Below, piece by piece: positions 31,743-41,965 of a stretch of 64,000 nt of DNA. How positions within the stretch are numbered: position 1 is the first letter of the stretch; each line of letters starts with the position of its first letter. The translations under genes were made by a program, and so were the position numbers. The stretch covers positions 1 to 64,000 of IMG/VR virus record IMGVR_UViG_3300042309_002578; one strand, written 5' to 3'. The notes under the pieces are model-generated. The model did not search any database and was not told the origin of the DNA. It worked only from the letters and a program-made list of their open reading frames with translations. The stretch comes from a virus.

Positions 31743-33293
31743 TTAAATCATTACAATTAGTTTCTCTTTTGCTCTTGTCATGCAGGTATATATCAATTCC
31801 TGTAGTGTCGAGCCATCGCTACATTTGACGATATCTGGGAGTAAAGCGTAAGCAGACTTCCATCCACTTCCTTGGGCAGTGTGAATTGTGGAAGCGTAGG
31901 TATATGTGAGGGCTGACAACTCGCCCTTGTCCCAATTTATGAACATATCCCTATGTCTGGCTATATCCCTTTTCAAAGCCGTTTTTATTGGGCTGTATTC
32001 AACGTGGAGATATTCTGATATCTGCTGCCTGAGAACCTCTAAGTCGCCGTTAAAGTTTTTCATGCTTGAGTCATCCAAGCAGTATCCCTGGTACGACATA
32101 GGGATAATATGCCCATGAACAGTAACATCGTACCACTCCATGCTTAGAAACCAAGCATTGTAATCATTGTGAACCGTCTTGTACGCTTCCGTTATTTTTG
32201 CTTCGGTACTGTTGTGAACGCGCACAACGCGCTTGCCTTCTAGTTTATCCCACTCATTGATGGCTTTTTTAAATATGATGTAGATACCGTTTTCGTATTG
32301 GGGTATTTCGACTATTGGTGCATTTACCCCAGCATAACTAAGATTGTGTTTTCTCAATCCTGATTCGTAGTGAACAAAATTATTTACAAACTTAACACCC
32401 TTGTTTGTGAATGCCAAAGCTCTTGCACTTGGTGTCTCGTTGTTGGAAAATTCGTCAACAAGCATATTAAGCCATTTGTCTCTGTTGCATACAATCAAAT
32501 TCTCCCCATCCGCAAATGGTATGGGATTTACAAATGTCTTGCTCTTCCGCAATGCTTCGACATACTCACCTATTACGCCTGTGTAACGCATTGCTTTAGT
32601 TAAGAAGACTGCACGCTTAACTTCAAAGAATATTGGTGACTTCTCGCTTGATTCTACAGGTTTTAGTTGGCTGCGATCGCACGAAATTATCATTGGTGGG
32701 CAGTCGGGGATGTTGTTCAGGTATGACCATTGCGTTGGGTTGATCATTGACCCCTCGTCCGCGAGGACAATATCGTTTTCTTGAATCTTGCGTTTGCGGT
32801 TGTCAAAGAAAAATTCGTCCTCGCCCATGTCATCAAGGGCTGTTTTAAGACCTAGCTGGGACTGTAGTGTTGAGATTTTCAAATCCCACATCGCATTTTC
32901 AACCGCGAGGTCTATCAGGACACGCTTCGCTTTGTGCGTTGGTGCTGTGGCAGCAATTACACACTTTTTTATATTCGTAAGTTCTCTTACGAAGGTCATT
33001 ATGATCGTTGATTTTCCAGCCCCAGGAACGCCTTCAAGCCTAATTGATCTGTCTCGGACAGGGACTTCTCTGGGGATAACCATTGCCTGGATAGCCCAGT
33101 TCACAAGAACCTCTACCGCAGATGTTTGCTCTTTTGTTAGGAGCATACCATTAGGGCTAACAAGTCTTTCTACTGGAGAAGTGTATTTTGGTAGGCTAAA
33201 ATCTGATTCGCTTAACTCAGCAATTGAGTTTGGTAATATAGTCATTGTTTTTGTTTGTGTTTTGGTTTTTGTGTTTATCGTGCAAACGCACAA
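31743..33293 (-). CDS. Dda/RecD-like SF1B helicase
   Basis: GVPGAGKS, TAPTHKA, ADEGSM, QLKPV, YASTIHTAQGS, YTCMTRA; likely start 33245. Confidence 0.9.
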   Translation of the reverse strand: MCVCTINTKTKTQTKTMTILPNSIAELSESDFSLPKYTSPVERLVSPNGMLLTKEQTSAVEVLVNWAIQAMVIPREVPVRDRSIRLEGVPGAGKSTIIMTFVRELTNIKKCVIAATAPTHKAKRVLIDLAVENAMWDLKISTLQSQLGLKTALDDMGEDEFFFDNRKRKIQENDIVLADEGSMINPTQWSYLNNIPDCPPMIISCDRSQLKPVESSEKSPIFFEVKRAVFLTKAMRYTGVIGEYVEALRKSKTFVNPIPFADGENLIVCNRDKWLNMLVDEFSNNETPSARALAFTNKGVKFVNNFVHYESGLRKHNLSYAGVNAPIVEIPQYENGIYIIFKKAINEWDKLEGKRVVRVHNSTEAKITEAYKTVHNDYNAWFLSMEWYDVTVHGHIIPMSYQGYCLDDSSMKNFNGDLEVLRQQISEYLHVEYSPIKTALKRDIARHRDMFINWDKGELSALTYTYASTIHTAQGSGWKSAYALLPDIVKCSDGSTLQELIYTCMTRAKEKLIVMI

Positions 33294-33457
33294 TTTTATA
33301 TCTAAAAATCCTGCTGTGGTTATAGCTTTCTTGGTGGATTATTGATATAGTTAATTAAAGCCAGATGTCAGTAAGTTTGTTTTGCTGTATTTGTGTTTTT
33401 TGTGTTTTTTTAGTGCCAGGGTTATACAACATAACCTTGGCACTTTTGGTTTAGCCT

Positions 33458-34528
33458 TTAGTATGGAGGCATATCAGCATCGCTTACTTCAATTTTTGCT
33501 GTTACTTGTGTGCCAGCCATGTATGCAGATGCTGGGACTTTCGGTCGCCCAGATGTTGCAGTACCAAACTCTTCGACATCATCTAAGATGTCTAGATTTG
33601 TTGATCCTATTTTCGGAGTGTATTGCTCGTACTTATTGTGGATCGCAATTATAAGCTTTGATAGCTCGGTTTTGCCTTTGATTAGATTCTGCCCCAATTT
33701 TTCTGGGGTAGGGACTTCATATCTTGAAAAGTCGCACACATCCTTGACGTTTGGTGGCGTACCCGCTGGTTTGCTAGTAATTGTCGGCGCAAAGATGCCG
33801 TGTGCGTACCAGATTGAGTTCATTTTCTTGGGTTTCTTTTCGCCACGAAGTTGGGCGTAGGCAAGTTCTAGTTCGGCTATAAAGCCTTTCTCAAGCTTCA
33901 GTTCTCTGTCGTATGATCTGTAAGAGACCCCAAACCTCGTTCCCCCTGCGCCACCTAATTTTATTTTTAAGGGCATTGGTAAGGCTTCTTCGGATTCTGG
34001 ATCAAATTCGTCACCCTCTGGGATTGAATGAAGCAATTCGTTGTTCTTGCCGAGTATTAGAATGAATGCTTCAGTGAAAGTCTTGTGAAGCAGGTTGTTG
34101 TACACCTTTTCATCAAATTTTCCAACAGTCCGCTTGGTACTTTTGTCAAGCACAAAGACTGGTGTTTTCTTTACTATAACAAAGCGCGGTTTCCGAGTCA
34201 TCCAGAGTTTTTCTGATCCACTAGTGAACTTATAGTCCACTTCTTCCCAGCCATTCTCTGTTAGGCTCGTGCTCGTCAATCCAACCTTTTCTGCGTTGTC
34301 TAGCCGTATTGCAAGTCCGTATGGTTGAAGTCTTGAATTGCCTTCTTCGTCTGAGATAGGCATAGATGGGTTTATTAGTTGAGCAAAGGGATGACCTTCA
34401 TTTCTCTTACTCTCGAATGATTCGTCAAATCCAAATTCATTTTCTGCTGCTGCTGTGTTTATTGCTGTATTTGAGGCAACCATATTTTTTGTGCGTTTTT
34501 TGAGTTTTGTTTTTGTGTGTGTCTCCAC
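33458..34528 (-). CDS. DUF5895-like protein of cyanobacterial plasmids
   Basis: PFAQLINP, GLAI..NAEKVG, PLKIKLGG, HGIFAP; acidic tail ending MPPY; likely start 34483. Confidence 0.6.
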   Translation of the reverse strand: METHTKTKLKKRTKNMVASNTAINTAAAENEFGFDESFESKRNEGHPFAQLINPSMPISDEEGNSRLQPYGLAIRLDNAEKVGLTSTSLTENGWEEVDYKFTSGSEKLWMTRKPRFVIVKKTPVFVLDKSTKRTVGKFDEKVYNNLLHKTFTEAFILILGKNNELLHSIPEGDEFDPESEEALPMPLKIKLGGAGGTRFGVSYRSYDRELKLEKGFIAELELAYAQLRGEKKPKKMNSIWYAHGIFAPTITSKPAGTPPNVKDVCDFSRYEVPTPEKLGQNLIKGKTELSKLIIAIHNKYEQYTPKIGSTNLDILDDVEEFGTATSGRPKVPASAYMAGTQVTAKIEVSDADMPPY

Positions 34529-34625
34529 ATTTCTATAATAGCAGCAATATTTGGATTTGGCAAGATAAATAAACTAATAACATATATTTTATACGGCAAA
34601 ATATATGTTATTATATAAATAATGT

Positions 34626-35471
34626 TTATATATTAATGTTTGGCATAAAAGACCTCCTAACAATTTCGATCATTTTTTCTCCTGGTATTTCCATCTCTCG
34701 TGAGAGGATGACAACGGTCGCAATATGTGGATCAGACCCAGACAACAAATTAAAAGCGAGAGCTTTAGCTTTTGACTCCTCTTCGTATCCTGAAATTTTC
34801 ATAATTTCAGAAAGTAGGTGATCATGTCCATGTCTTTTTATGTATCTGTTAACTACATCGCGCAGCTTTAATCCAGATTCTTTTATTGGATATTCTATTG
34901 GATCAGTTTCATGCGGATTGTTTATTCTTTCGGCTTCATTTTTTTTGGATTCAGCGATCGCCTCTTTAGCCATATTCAGAATTTGATCGAAAGTGTAATC
35001 TTTTGTAAAATTACTTAATATTTTAATGGCTTTCTCATTTGCCGTTCTGTGTCTTGTTTTAACACTGCTGTCACCACTATGTAAAACGCGATTAATAACA
35101 TCCCTGTTTAGTCCTTTCTTCCCAAGAAAGTCGCCAGTTAATGCCGCAAAATCATCAAGGGTTAAACCTTTTGCCTCACTTGGCGGGACAGTTGTTCTCC
35201 CATATTTTTTTTCTTGCCTAATTCCCGACCATTTTTTCGCAAAAGTTTGATATTTAATTTCTACCTCACTATCTTTAAGATCGGGATAAGCTCCTTCTAT
35301 CCTTTTTTCTGGAAAATGTGGATCATTAATAATTTGTGAAATTGTCGTAGCTATTTTTGTTTTGTGGTTTTTTTTCCGCAATAATTCACTCCACTCTTCT
35401 GTAAGTAATTCGTCTTTTGCCTCTTCGCTTTGTACCTCTTCGCTTTGTTCTGTTTCAGCATCTGTTAGCAT
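34626..35471 (-). CDS. hypothetical protein, possible regulator
   Basis: 281 aa with GGAG RBS. Confidence 0.7.
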   Translation of the reverse strand: MLTDAETEQSEEVQSEEAKDELLTEEWSELLRKKNHKTKIATTISQIINDPHFPEKRIEGAYPDLKDSEVEIKYQTFAKKWSGIRQEKKYGRTTVPPSEAKGLTLDDFAALTGDFLGKKGLNRDVINRVLHSGDSSVKTRHRTANEKAIKILSNFTKDYTFDQILNMAKEAIAESKKNEAERINNPHETDPIEYPIKESGLKLRDVVNRYIKRHGHDHLLSEIMKISGYEEESKAKALAFNLLSGSDPHIATVVILSREMEIPGEKMIEIVRRSFMPNINI

Positions 35472-35622
35472 TATTTTCTCCTTTGGTCGTATAATTGAGC
35501 TACAAAATAATATTATTACATTTTTATAGAAGATTCACTATATATTTTTCAAAAAATATATAGTGAATCTTCGCTTTGGTTTTTGAAGTCCTTAAAAATA
35601 AATTTTCAATTTTACAATATAA

Positions 35623-37410
35623 TTGTTTGATAACCATTTTTCAATTCCAATGACAGACACAAAAAATGCTACAAGAGTTTCGCCAGAAATTCAATCCCTG
35701 CTTGACTCTCAGTACGTTGCCCCAACAGGCAGAATTAAAGATTTTATTTTAAATCCAGAGTATAAAACTAACGCCCCTAGTTGTATGCTTCGTGTTTGGG
35801 ACAAAAAAATAGGTCTAGGCGCGATGGTAAGTGCAATATCATATTACATCCGCAAAGGTGCAGGAGTTAAAATTCAGTTTGGTGCTGAAAAGGTTGTGTT
35901 TTGGGAAGCTGTCCCTATAGTTTGGAATTTTTACTGTGATCCAAGCCATCCAGACATTGATAAAATGTCTCAAGAGAACAAGGAGGTATATGTAGATAAG
36001 CAAAAATGGGGAGAAATTTTAGAGAAGCAAAATATGTCTTCCGACAAAAATGTTGCAATTATTTTTGTCGGTGACGATATGGATTCAATTGAGGGTAGTT
36101 GGAGATCTTTTATTGATGCAGCCTTGCTAGGCAAACAAATATTTTTGGATTTGTCTGCAATTAGACAGGCTGGGGAGCAGACCTCTACCAAAACTGTCAG
36201 CACGGGTATTTTTGGGCTTGGCAGCACAGACACAGGGTTTATAGAAATATATCGGTGGCTGGCTAAATGTATTGAGAGTGGCGACGTTGGTAGCGTTTTA
36301 CAGCTTTTAAATGGTATCTGTAAAGTTCTAGCTCGTGGTGGGACGACAAAAAAACGGGGCGGGATTGTAACAACCGCGATGGATTACACAAATCCAGATA
36401 TTGAAGAGTATTTAAATTATCCATTAAGCAAAATTTTGGGCGGAAGTAAAAAAGGTCTCCGATACTCTTCGGAGATATTTTCAAACACCAAATTGGTGAA
36501 CTTGGTGATAGAAAAAGTTAACAACGAGTCCTTGATGCTAGAAAAAATAAAAGCACCTGGTCTGTATGCCAATGTCTGTATGGGTATTTATTTAGAAGAT
36601 AAGGCTTCTTGTTTGGTGTCCCCAGTAAATGCTGGGCAAATTGAAAAGCCCGAAGATTTGCCAGAGGCATTATGTGCCGTTGTCAAGTTGCTTGCTTTAA
36701 TTCACTATTCTTGGCGAGATGCTGTTAATGCAAACCCAGAATTATATCTGCCGGCAAACGAGGACAGGCAGATTGCTGTTGGTTGGTTAGGTTGGGCTAA
36801 TTTCCTAAGAAGGCAGGGCGTAACCTATCTAGAGTGCGCCAACAGCATGAGAGCGTTAAGATTGAATGATACTATCAAATATCTTGATAATGGTGGCAGC
36901 TATAAGGGAGTAGAAATTGCGTCATGGCTTAAAACTGCTTATGAAAAGGGGGCTGAGATAGGCGGAGAATTTAATTTAGAAAGAATTTATAGTATTGAAC
37001 CAAACCAGCGTGTCTATTTGGATTACAAGGATATTGATGGGTTTACAACTTGCAGAAATATAAATCCACCATACTCTCGCACACAAGTTCGTGCATCAGA
37101 AGTATACGGAGATGCAATTACAGAGCATGGAGATGTTGAGGTTATGTCCGAGGTTGGGCATGATACTATTCAGCTTTTGTGGGAGGAATTTCAACTTCTC
37201 GCTGAATACACTGGACTGGCTCATGCGGGTAGTTTTGATATTCACCGTAGAATAGACAAAGACTGGTTTGAGGATTTTACATTGCGATCGCCATTGCCAA
37301 CAACATACTATCAAATGGCAGATAGTGTAAATCAGGAGTATTTAAATAAGGGTATTGCAATGACAGCCCAATGCGAAGAGGAAATTTGTATGGTTTGCGG
37401 CGAAGGCTAA
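35623..37410 (+). CDS. nrdA: minimal class I ribonucleotide reductase alpha subunit (cyanophage P60-like)
   Basis: APTGR, SC, DSIEGSW, ANVC, SCL..VNAG, DRQIAVG, SPLPTTYY; C-terminal CxxxxCxxC. Confidence 0.8.
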   Translation: MFDNHFSIPMTDTKNATRVSPEIQSLLDSQYVAPTGRIKDFILNPEYKTNAPSCMLRVWDKKIGLGAMVSAISYYIRKGAGVKIQFGAEKVVFWEAVPIVWNFYCDPSHPDIDKMSQENKEVYVDKQKWGEILEKQNMSSDKNVAIIFVGDDMDSIEGSWRSFIDAALLGKQIFLDLSAIRQAGEQTSTKTVSTGIFGLGSTDTGFIEIYRWLAKCIESGDVGSVLQLLNGICKVLARGGTTKKRGGIVTTAMDYTNPDIEEYLNYPLSKILGGSKKGLRYSSEIFSNTKLVNLVIEKVNNESLMLEKIKAPGLYANVCMGIYLEDKASCLVSPVNAGQIEKPEDLPEALCAVVKLLALIHYSWRDAVNANPELYLPANEDRQIAVGWLGWANFLRRQGVTYLECANSMRALRLNDTIKYLDNGGSYKGVEIASWLKTAYEKGAEIGGEFNLERIYSIEPNQRVYLDYKDIDGFTTCRNINPPYSRTQVRASEVYGDAITEHGDVEVMSEVGHDTIQLLWEEFQLLAEYTGLAHAGSFDIHRRIDKDWFEDFTLRSPLPTTYYQMADSVNQEYLNKGIAMTAQCEEEICMVCGEG

Positions 37411-37443
37411 TTATTTTTTAAACACGAAACTCACGGATACAAA

Positions 37444-38238
37444 ATGATGAATTTAACTCAGCAAAAGAATAGTGTAAGTTTACAAAATCTGTATGATTTT
37501 AAATGCAAGGAAAATGGGTCACCGCACTTCTGGACACCGCAAGAACTCGACGCGCACGAATATACCTTTGGTGGTGATTTTGGAATCTCTGAAACAATTT
37601 CTAGGGTGCTATCTTTGGCAGACGTACTAGAAGTTGAGGTTGGTGCATATATTGGTGAATTTATCAGGAAGCTTGATGAAAAAACCACGGACGGAATTGT
37701 TGGGAAACTTCTCAAGGCATTTATAAAAGATGAGGCGGTTCACGCACATCAAATTAAATACGCTTTACAAACATATCCGGTGTCCGATTGGCATCGGAAT
37801 GAGGCTGCACTAATTAATGAAGAGTGGAAAAGCGCGGGAGGGCATCCTTTGCAAAAGTCATCAACTTTAGAGGTTGGCGTGTTCCTTGGCTGTTCGCTGC
37901 CAATACTTCTGCGGCTGGGCGGACATTCCTTGTTGTGGGTTAGCGAAATGATTGCAAAGGATGAATTTTTGCACGTTGCTGGTGGCAGGGGAATTTTAAA
38001 TAAGCTTAATTATGGTGCAGTTGATAATTTGATCAGGTTACAGCGCAAAACTGTCGCCTATATCACGGAAAAACTGAATATTCCCTCTCAGCATTTTGGC
38101 TTTGAGGTAAACACTGATTGGTTTCTTCAGCAGTCCAATGAGTTGATTGTTAGTGGTAGCTCTGCGCCACTAACAAGATGGACTGATATCTCGATTTATC
38201 GGGCAAAATTTGAAAACAGCAACAAGTTTATGTATTAA
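37444..38238 (+). CDS. nrdB: ferritin-like RNR beta subunit
   Basis: LEVEV, DEAVH, LEVGVF and DEFLH metal ligands. Confidence 0.8.
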   Translation: MMNLTQQKNSVSLQNLYDFKCKENGSPHFWTPQELDAHEYTFGGDFGISETISRVLSLADVLEVEVGAYIGEFIRKLDEKTTDGIVGKLLKAFIKDEAVHAHQIKYALQTYPVSDWHRNEAALINEEWKSAGGHPLQKSSTLEVGVFLGCSLPILLRLGGHSLLWVSEMIAKDEFLHVAGGRGILNKLNYGAVDNLIRLQRKTVAYITEKLNIPSQHFGFEVNTDWFLQQSNELIVSGSSAPLTRWTDISIYRAKFENSNKFMY

Positions 38239-38305
38239 ATTAATTATTTGATGATTTGGCATTATTTTCAAATCATCAAATAATTAATTTGTTAAGGCTT
38301 TGGAT

Positions 38306-38626
38306 TTAGTTGTCACGCGTTGCCAATTCTTCAAAACTCAAAACTTCTGGACAGTTAGCAACATCCGTTAATGTTCGCAATCTTTTTCCAATAATAGAAA
38401 GCATTGTTAGTTTTTGAGCAATAGATTTGTTTCGCAGATCGCGTCTAGCAATGTGAAAGTCAATATTTAGTATTTCATTAATTGAAGCCTCTGTGCTTGA
38501 ACTAATTGTTTTTAGGTCAGCGATTCTGTTTAGTGCGTCTTGCTGACTTGTGGCGTTTAGTTTCATGTAAAGCTGCGCCAATTTATCTGATTCAGTTTCA
38601 CATTCAAAAGGTTCTTGTGAATTCAT
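38306..38626 (-). CDS. hypothetical protein
   Basis: AAGGA RBS; downstream of promoter 38761-38789. Confidence 0.6.
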   Translation of the reverse strand: MNSQEPFECETESDKLAQLYMKLNATSQQDALNRIADLKTISSSTEASINEILNIDFHIARRDLRNKSIAQKLTMLSIIGKRLRTLTDVANCPEVLSFEELATRDN

Positions 38627-38955
38627 TTTTTTGTCCTTTTATCGTTATTTAGTAAAGCTCACTTCCATTTTTAATTTGTTGTGAGGCTTCATAATCTGGA
38701 ACTCCTTGCGTCCAGAAAACCATAAAATCTCGCACGTTTTGTTTTTGATTTCCTTGCTCTATAATACTGTGGTCAACAAATAAAGTCAAGCGACTGGGAA
38801 AATAAAATAATAAAATTGTTCGCAGATTTAAATATATAATATAAATAATTCCCCGTGAATTTACAAATCTCAATATTGGATTAATGTCAGGAGTTTTGGT
38901 ATGTTGGAATCTACATCAAGACTTTTGGCATTTTTTAAATCAAAAATAAAATTAT

Positions 38956-39807
38956 ATGCAAAGACCAACCGCAAATTACTGGAGCGCGATCGCAGATTTA
39001 ATAAAACTTTTACCATATATTCGTGAGCTTGTAACGCGGTCACACGCTATACAGGTGGCAACAGTTACAGACAATCAAGATCCTGCAAATGATCGCCGGA
39101 TAAGGGTTTCAACGGAAGCTATGGGTGGACAAGGACAAAGCTATTGGATTCAAGCTGGGCGCAGTACAAGTTACAGCGACGAGCCAATACCACCGATAGG
39201 AACAACGGTTCTAGTTTGTTTTGTGGAGGGCAATTCGAGTGACGGTTTTTTGCTGAGGACTTTGGCGAACAATAAAAACCCAGCAGACTTATCGCAAACA
39301 AGCCCAGTAAATGATAATACCCAAGAAATACCCGGAGACGAGCGACGGTTGATTGCTGGTGATTGTAAAATTGGGGTTGGCGGAGACAAAGACATAATAG
39401 TGGAGGGGGATTTTACAATTAAATGTAATGGCGAAAAAATAGTTATTAATGCTCCGCAAGGAGATATAGAAGTTGTCTCTTCAGGCGGAGGCAATATCAA
39501 AATTGATGGCAGCTTTAATGTTGATATCAAAACAAAAAAAACAATCAACATAACAGGGAATGAAAAGATTACATTGTCGCAAGGTGGCGCGACTTTTATC
39601 GCAGCGAATGGATATTGGGAAATTAAAAACGCTTCAGGACAGCGATTTAGATTTGGGGGTTCAAATGGTGGTGTCATGGAGCTTGATTTAAATGGATCAA
39701 ACATGAATTTGATAAACGCAACAGATATACAAATTAATGGGAAAAGTATTGCTACTATTGGAGCTACAGATAGTCATGGAGACACAATAGTTAGCCGAGG
39801 ATGGTAA
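38956..39807 (+). CDS. baseplate spike (gpV/VgrG OB-fold) protein
   Basis: ATVTDNQDP...RIRV, PPIGTTVLVCFVEGN, beta-helix repeats, C-terminal DSHGD. Confidence 0.85.
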   Translation: MQRPTANYWSAIADLIKLLPYIRELVTRSHAIQVATVTDNQDPANDRRIRVSTEAMGGQGQSYWIQAGRSTSYSDEPIPPIGTTVLVCFVEGNSSDGFLLRTLANNKNPADLSQTSPVNDNTQEIPGDERRLIAGDCKIGVGGDKDIIVEGDFTIKCNGEKIVINAPQGDIEVVSSGGGNIKIDGSFNVDIKTKKTINITGNEKITLSQGGATFIAANGYWEIKNASGQRFRFGGSNGGVMELDLNGSNMNLINATDIQINGKSIATIGATDSHGDTIVSRGW

Positions 39808-40004
39808 GATGTGGTATAATATTTGCAGCACCAATTTACTACCTAAAAACGCTAGATGCAAATATCAAGCGTTTTTTTTGTTTTCGCCACCAAATATAAA
39901 TATAATATTGATGCGATATTGATGTTTTTGTTGACAATATTGCTTCAATATGTTACAGTTGTTGTAGAAAACAAGAATAAAAACAAACACAAAAAACACA
40001 AAAA

Positions 40005-41882
40005 ATGATACCAGTAGTGCAAAAAAGTATCCGAGAACTTTCTGAAGAAGAGATAATATCAGACTTGAGATATTATCAAAAAGACTTGTATTTAGGCGTT
40101 AGAGACCAATTTAAGTCTGGAAAAAAATCTGTGATTGTTCAGCTTGCCACAGGTGGCGGTAAAGGCAAAATAATCGCCAAAATAATTACAAAAGCGTGGT
40201 TAAGTGGGTCAAAGATATTATTCCTGTCACATAGAGGCGAGATAATCAAACAGATCCGCCAACATTTAATTACGGCTGGTATAGATAAAAGTGATATCGG
40301 GGTTATTCAAGGACCAAATAGCGGGACTTGGCCATTCACACCATTCAGACCGATTCAAGTTTCTATGATTCAGTCCGTCGCCCAAAATTGGGAACAATGG
40401 AAAGCGGACAGGCTACCATTTAACTTTCAGCTAATTATTATTGATGAATGCCACTTGGCAACCTCAAACAGTTTTGTAGACTTGTTTGCAAACTTGCCAA
40501 AAGCTTACAAGATAGGTTTCACGGCCACACCTGAACCCCCTTATGGAAAAACCTTCAAGGGAATATTTGACACTATTTTATGTGGGGTTTCCCATGCAGA
40601 ATTAATAACTAAAGGGTTTCTGCCAGAAATCGTTTATTATGCGACAACACCTCCCGATCTTGAGGATGTGCCAGTCTATAACGGTGATTATGTTGCAGAA
40701 AAGCTGCAAAACAAGATCAACACCAAGGAACTGCGAGGCGAACTCGTGGCTACATGGGTTAAGCGGGTTAGGAACCCGTACGGGAATCTGCCGACGATTG
40801 TGTTTGCCGGTGGCGTTATCCACTCCAAGGAGATAGCTGCCGAATACAACCAGGCTGGTATCCCTGCGGTTCATATTGATGGCAAAATGCGCCAACCAGA
40901 GCGTAAAGAGGCTCTGCGTAAATTTATCTCTGGTGAGGCACACATATTGTGCAACTGTGACGTTCTCACCGAGGGGTTCGATCTCGAAACATACTGCGAG
41001 ATTTTAGAACTACCTTCAATATCGGTGGGTTGTGTGCAATTAGCATCACCAACAAAACGGATCACAAAAGCCAACCAAAGACGGGGACGAGCAAGGGGTG
41101 TCAAGATAAGTGGCACTAAAAAAGCCATATATTTGGATCACGCAGGAATTATAGATGAACATGGTATGCCTGACGATCCACACCTCTGGACATTGGACGG
41201 GATTAAGAAAGCAAAACCCACCAGCAAGCGATGCCCAGAGGGTGAGAAAGACATTAACGGTGCTTGGGGCTGTGGACGGGCTGATATTCCCAAACTAGAA
41301 GAATACTGCCCACACTGTGGCTTTGAGTTTGATTTATCGAAGCCTGAACCAGAGCCAAAGAAGGGTGGGAGCGATCGCAAAAAAGTTAGACAGAACAAGA
41401 AAATTGAGCTTCAGTTAATTGAGACAAGTTTGAGTGAGAGATTTATAAATCTCATTCAGGAAAGCAGAAATTATCAATGGGCGTTTGAGCAGCTTGGTAA
41501 TTTTTCCCCAGACTACGAAGAGTTGTATTGGGCGTGTAAAAAATGCACCACTAAAGAAGGTAAGCCGTTTAAAGTGACTGCGGCATTTATTCAATGGGTG
41601 CGGGGACAGAAGATTGAGAAGGGTTACCGCTGGACACCAAGTGAAGATCACTTGTTTTATATTATGGGTTTTTTGTTGGAACACAACGAACGCCCTGGCA
41701 ATACTTTCAAAGCGTGGGTTGGGCAAAACCGGAAAATAAACACAGAATGTTTTAGAAATATATCAGAGGCATACGAGTTATGCGCCAAGGTTGCCGAATT
41801 TTGTGGGTATAGTCAACGCTGGGTAACAGACGAAGTTGATAGGTTGACAGCGGTAAATAACGACGAGTATTTCATAGGGTAA
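40005..41882 (+). CDS. SF2 DEAD/DEAH helicase (RadD/YejH-like) with Zn finger
   Basis: LATGGGKG, IIDECH, TATP, LTEGFD, QRRGR, CPHCG. Confidence 0.92.
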   Translation: MIPVVQKSIRELSEEEIISDLRYYQKDLYLGVRDQFKSGKKSVIVQLATGGGKGKIIAKIITKAWLSGSKILFLSHRGEIIKQIRQHLITAGIDKSDIGVIQGPNSGTWPFTPFRPIQVSMIQSVAQNWEQWKADRLPFNFQLIIIDECHLATSNSFVDLFANLPKAYKIGFTATPEPPYGKTFKGIFDTILCGVSHAELITKGFLPEIVYYATTPPDLEDVPVYNGDYVAEKLQNKINTKELRGELVATWVKRVRNPYGNLPTIVFAGGVIHSKEIAAEYNQAGIPAVHIDGKMRQPERKEALRKFISGEAHILCNCDVLTEGFDLETYCEILELPSISVGCVQLASPTKRITKANQRRGRARGVKISGTKKAIYLDHAGIIDEHGMPDDPHLWTLDGIKKAKPTSKRCPEGEKDINGAWGCGRADIPKLEEYCPHCGFEFDLSKPEPEPKKGGSDRKKVRQNKKIELQLIETSLSERFINLIQESRNYQWAFEQLGNFSPDYEELYWACKKCTTKEGKPFKVTAAFIQWVRGQKIEKGYRWTPSEDHLFYIMGFLLEHNERPGNTFKAWVGQNRKINTECFRNISEAYELCAKVAEFCGYSQRWVTDEVDRLTAVNNDEYFIG

Positions 41883-41965
41883 ACCAATCAATCAAGTAAT
41901 GCAGTAAAAGCTTAATTACTGCATTAAAAAATAAAACAAGGGTTGACTTTTGTTGTTAGCCGTAG

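Noticed and set aside
35529-35572. Numerous long intergenic inverted repeats (e.g. 10470, 18657, 26660, 31701, 38238, 53458, 61363) as one mobile family
   Set aside because: Their sequences are unrelated and most lie at gene ends, consistent with intrinsic terminators
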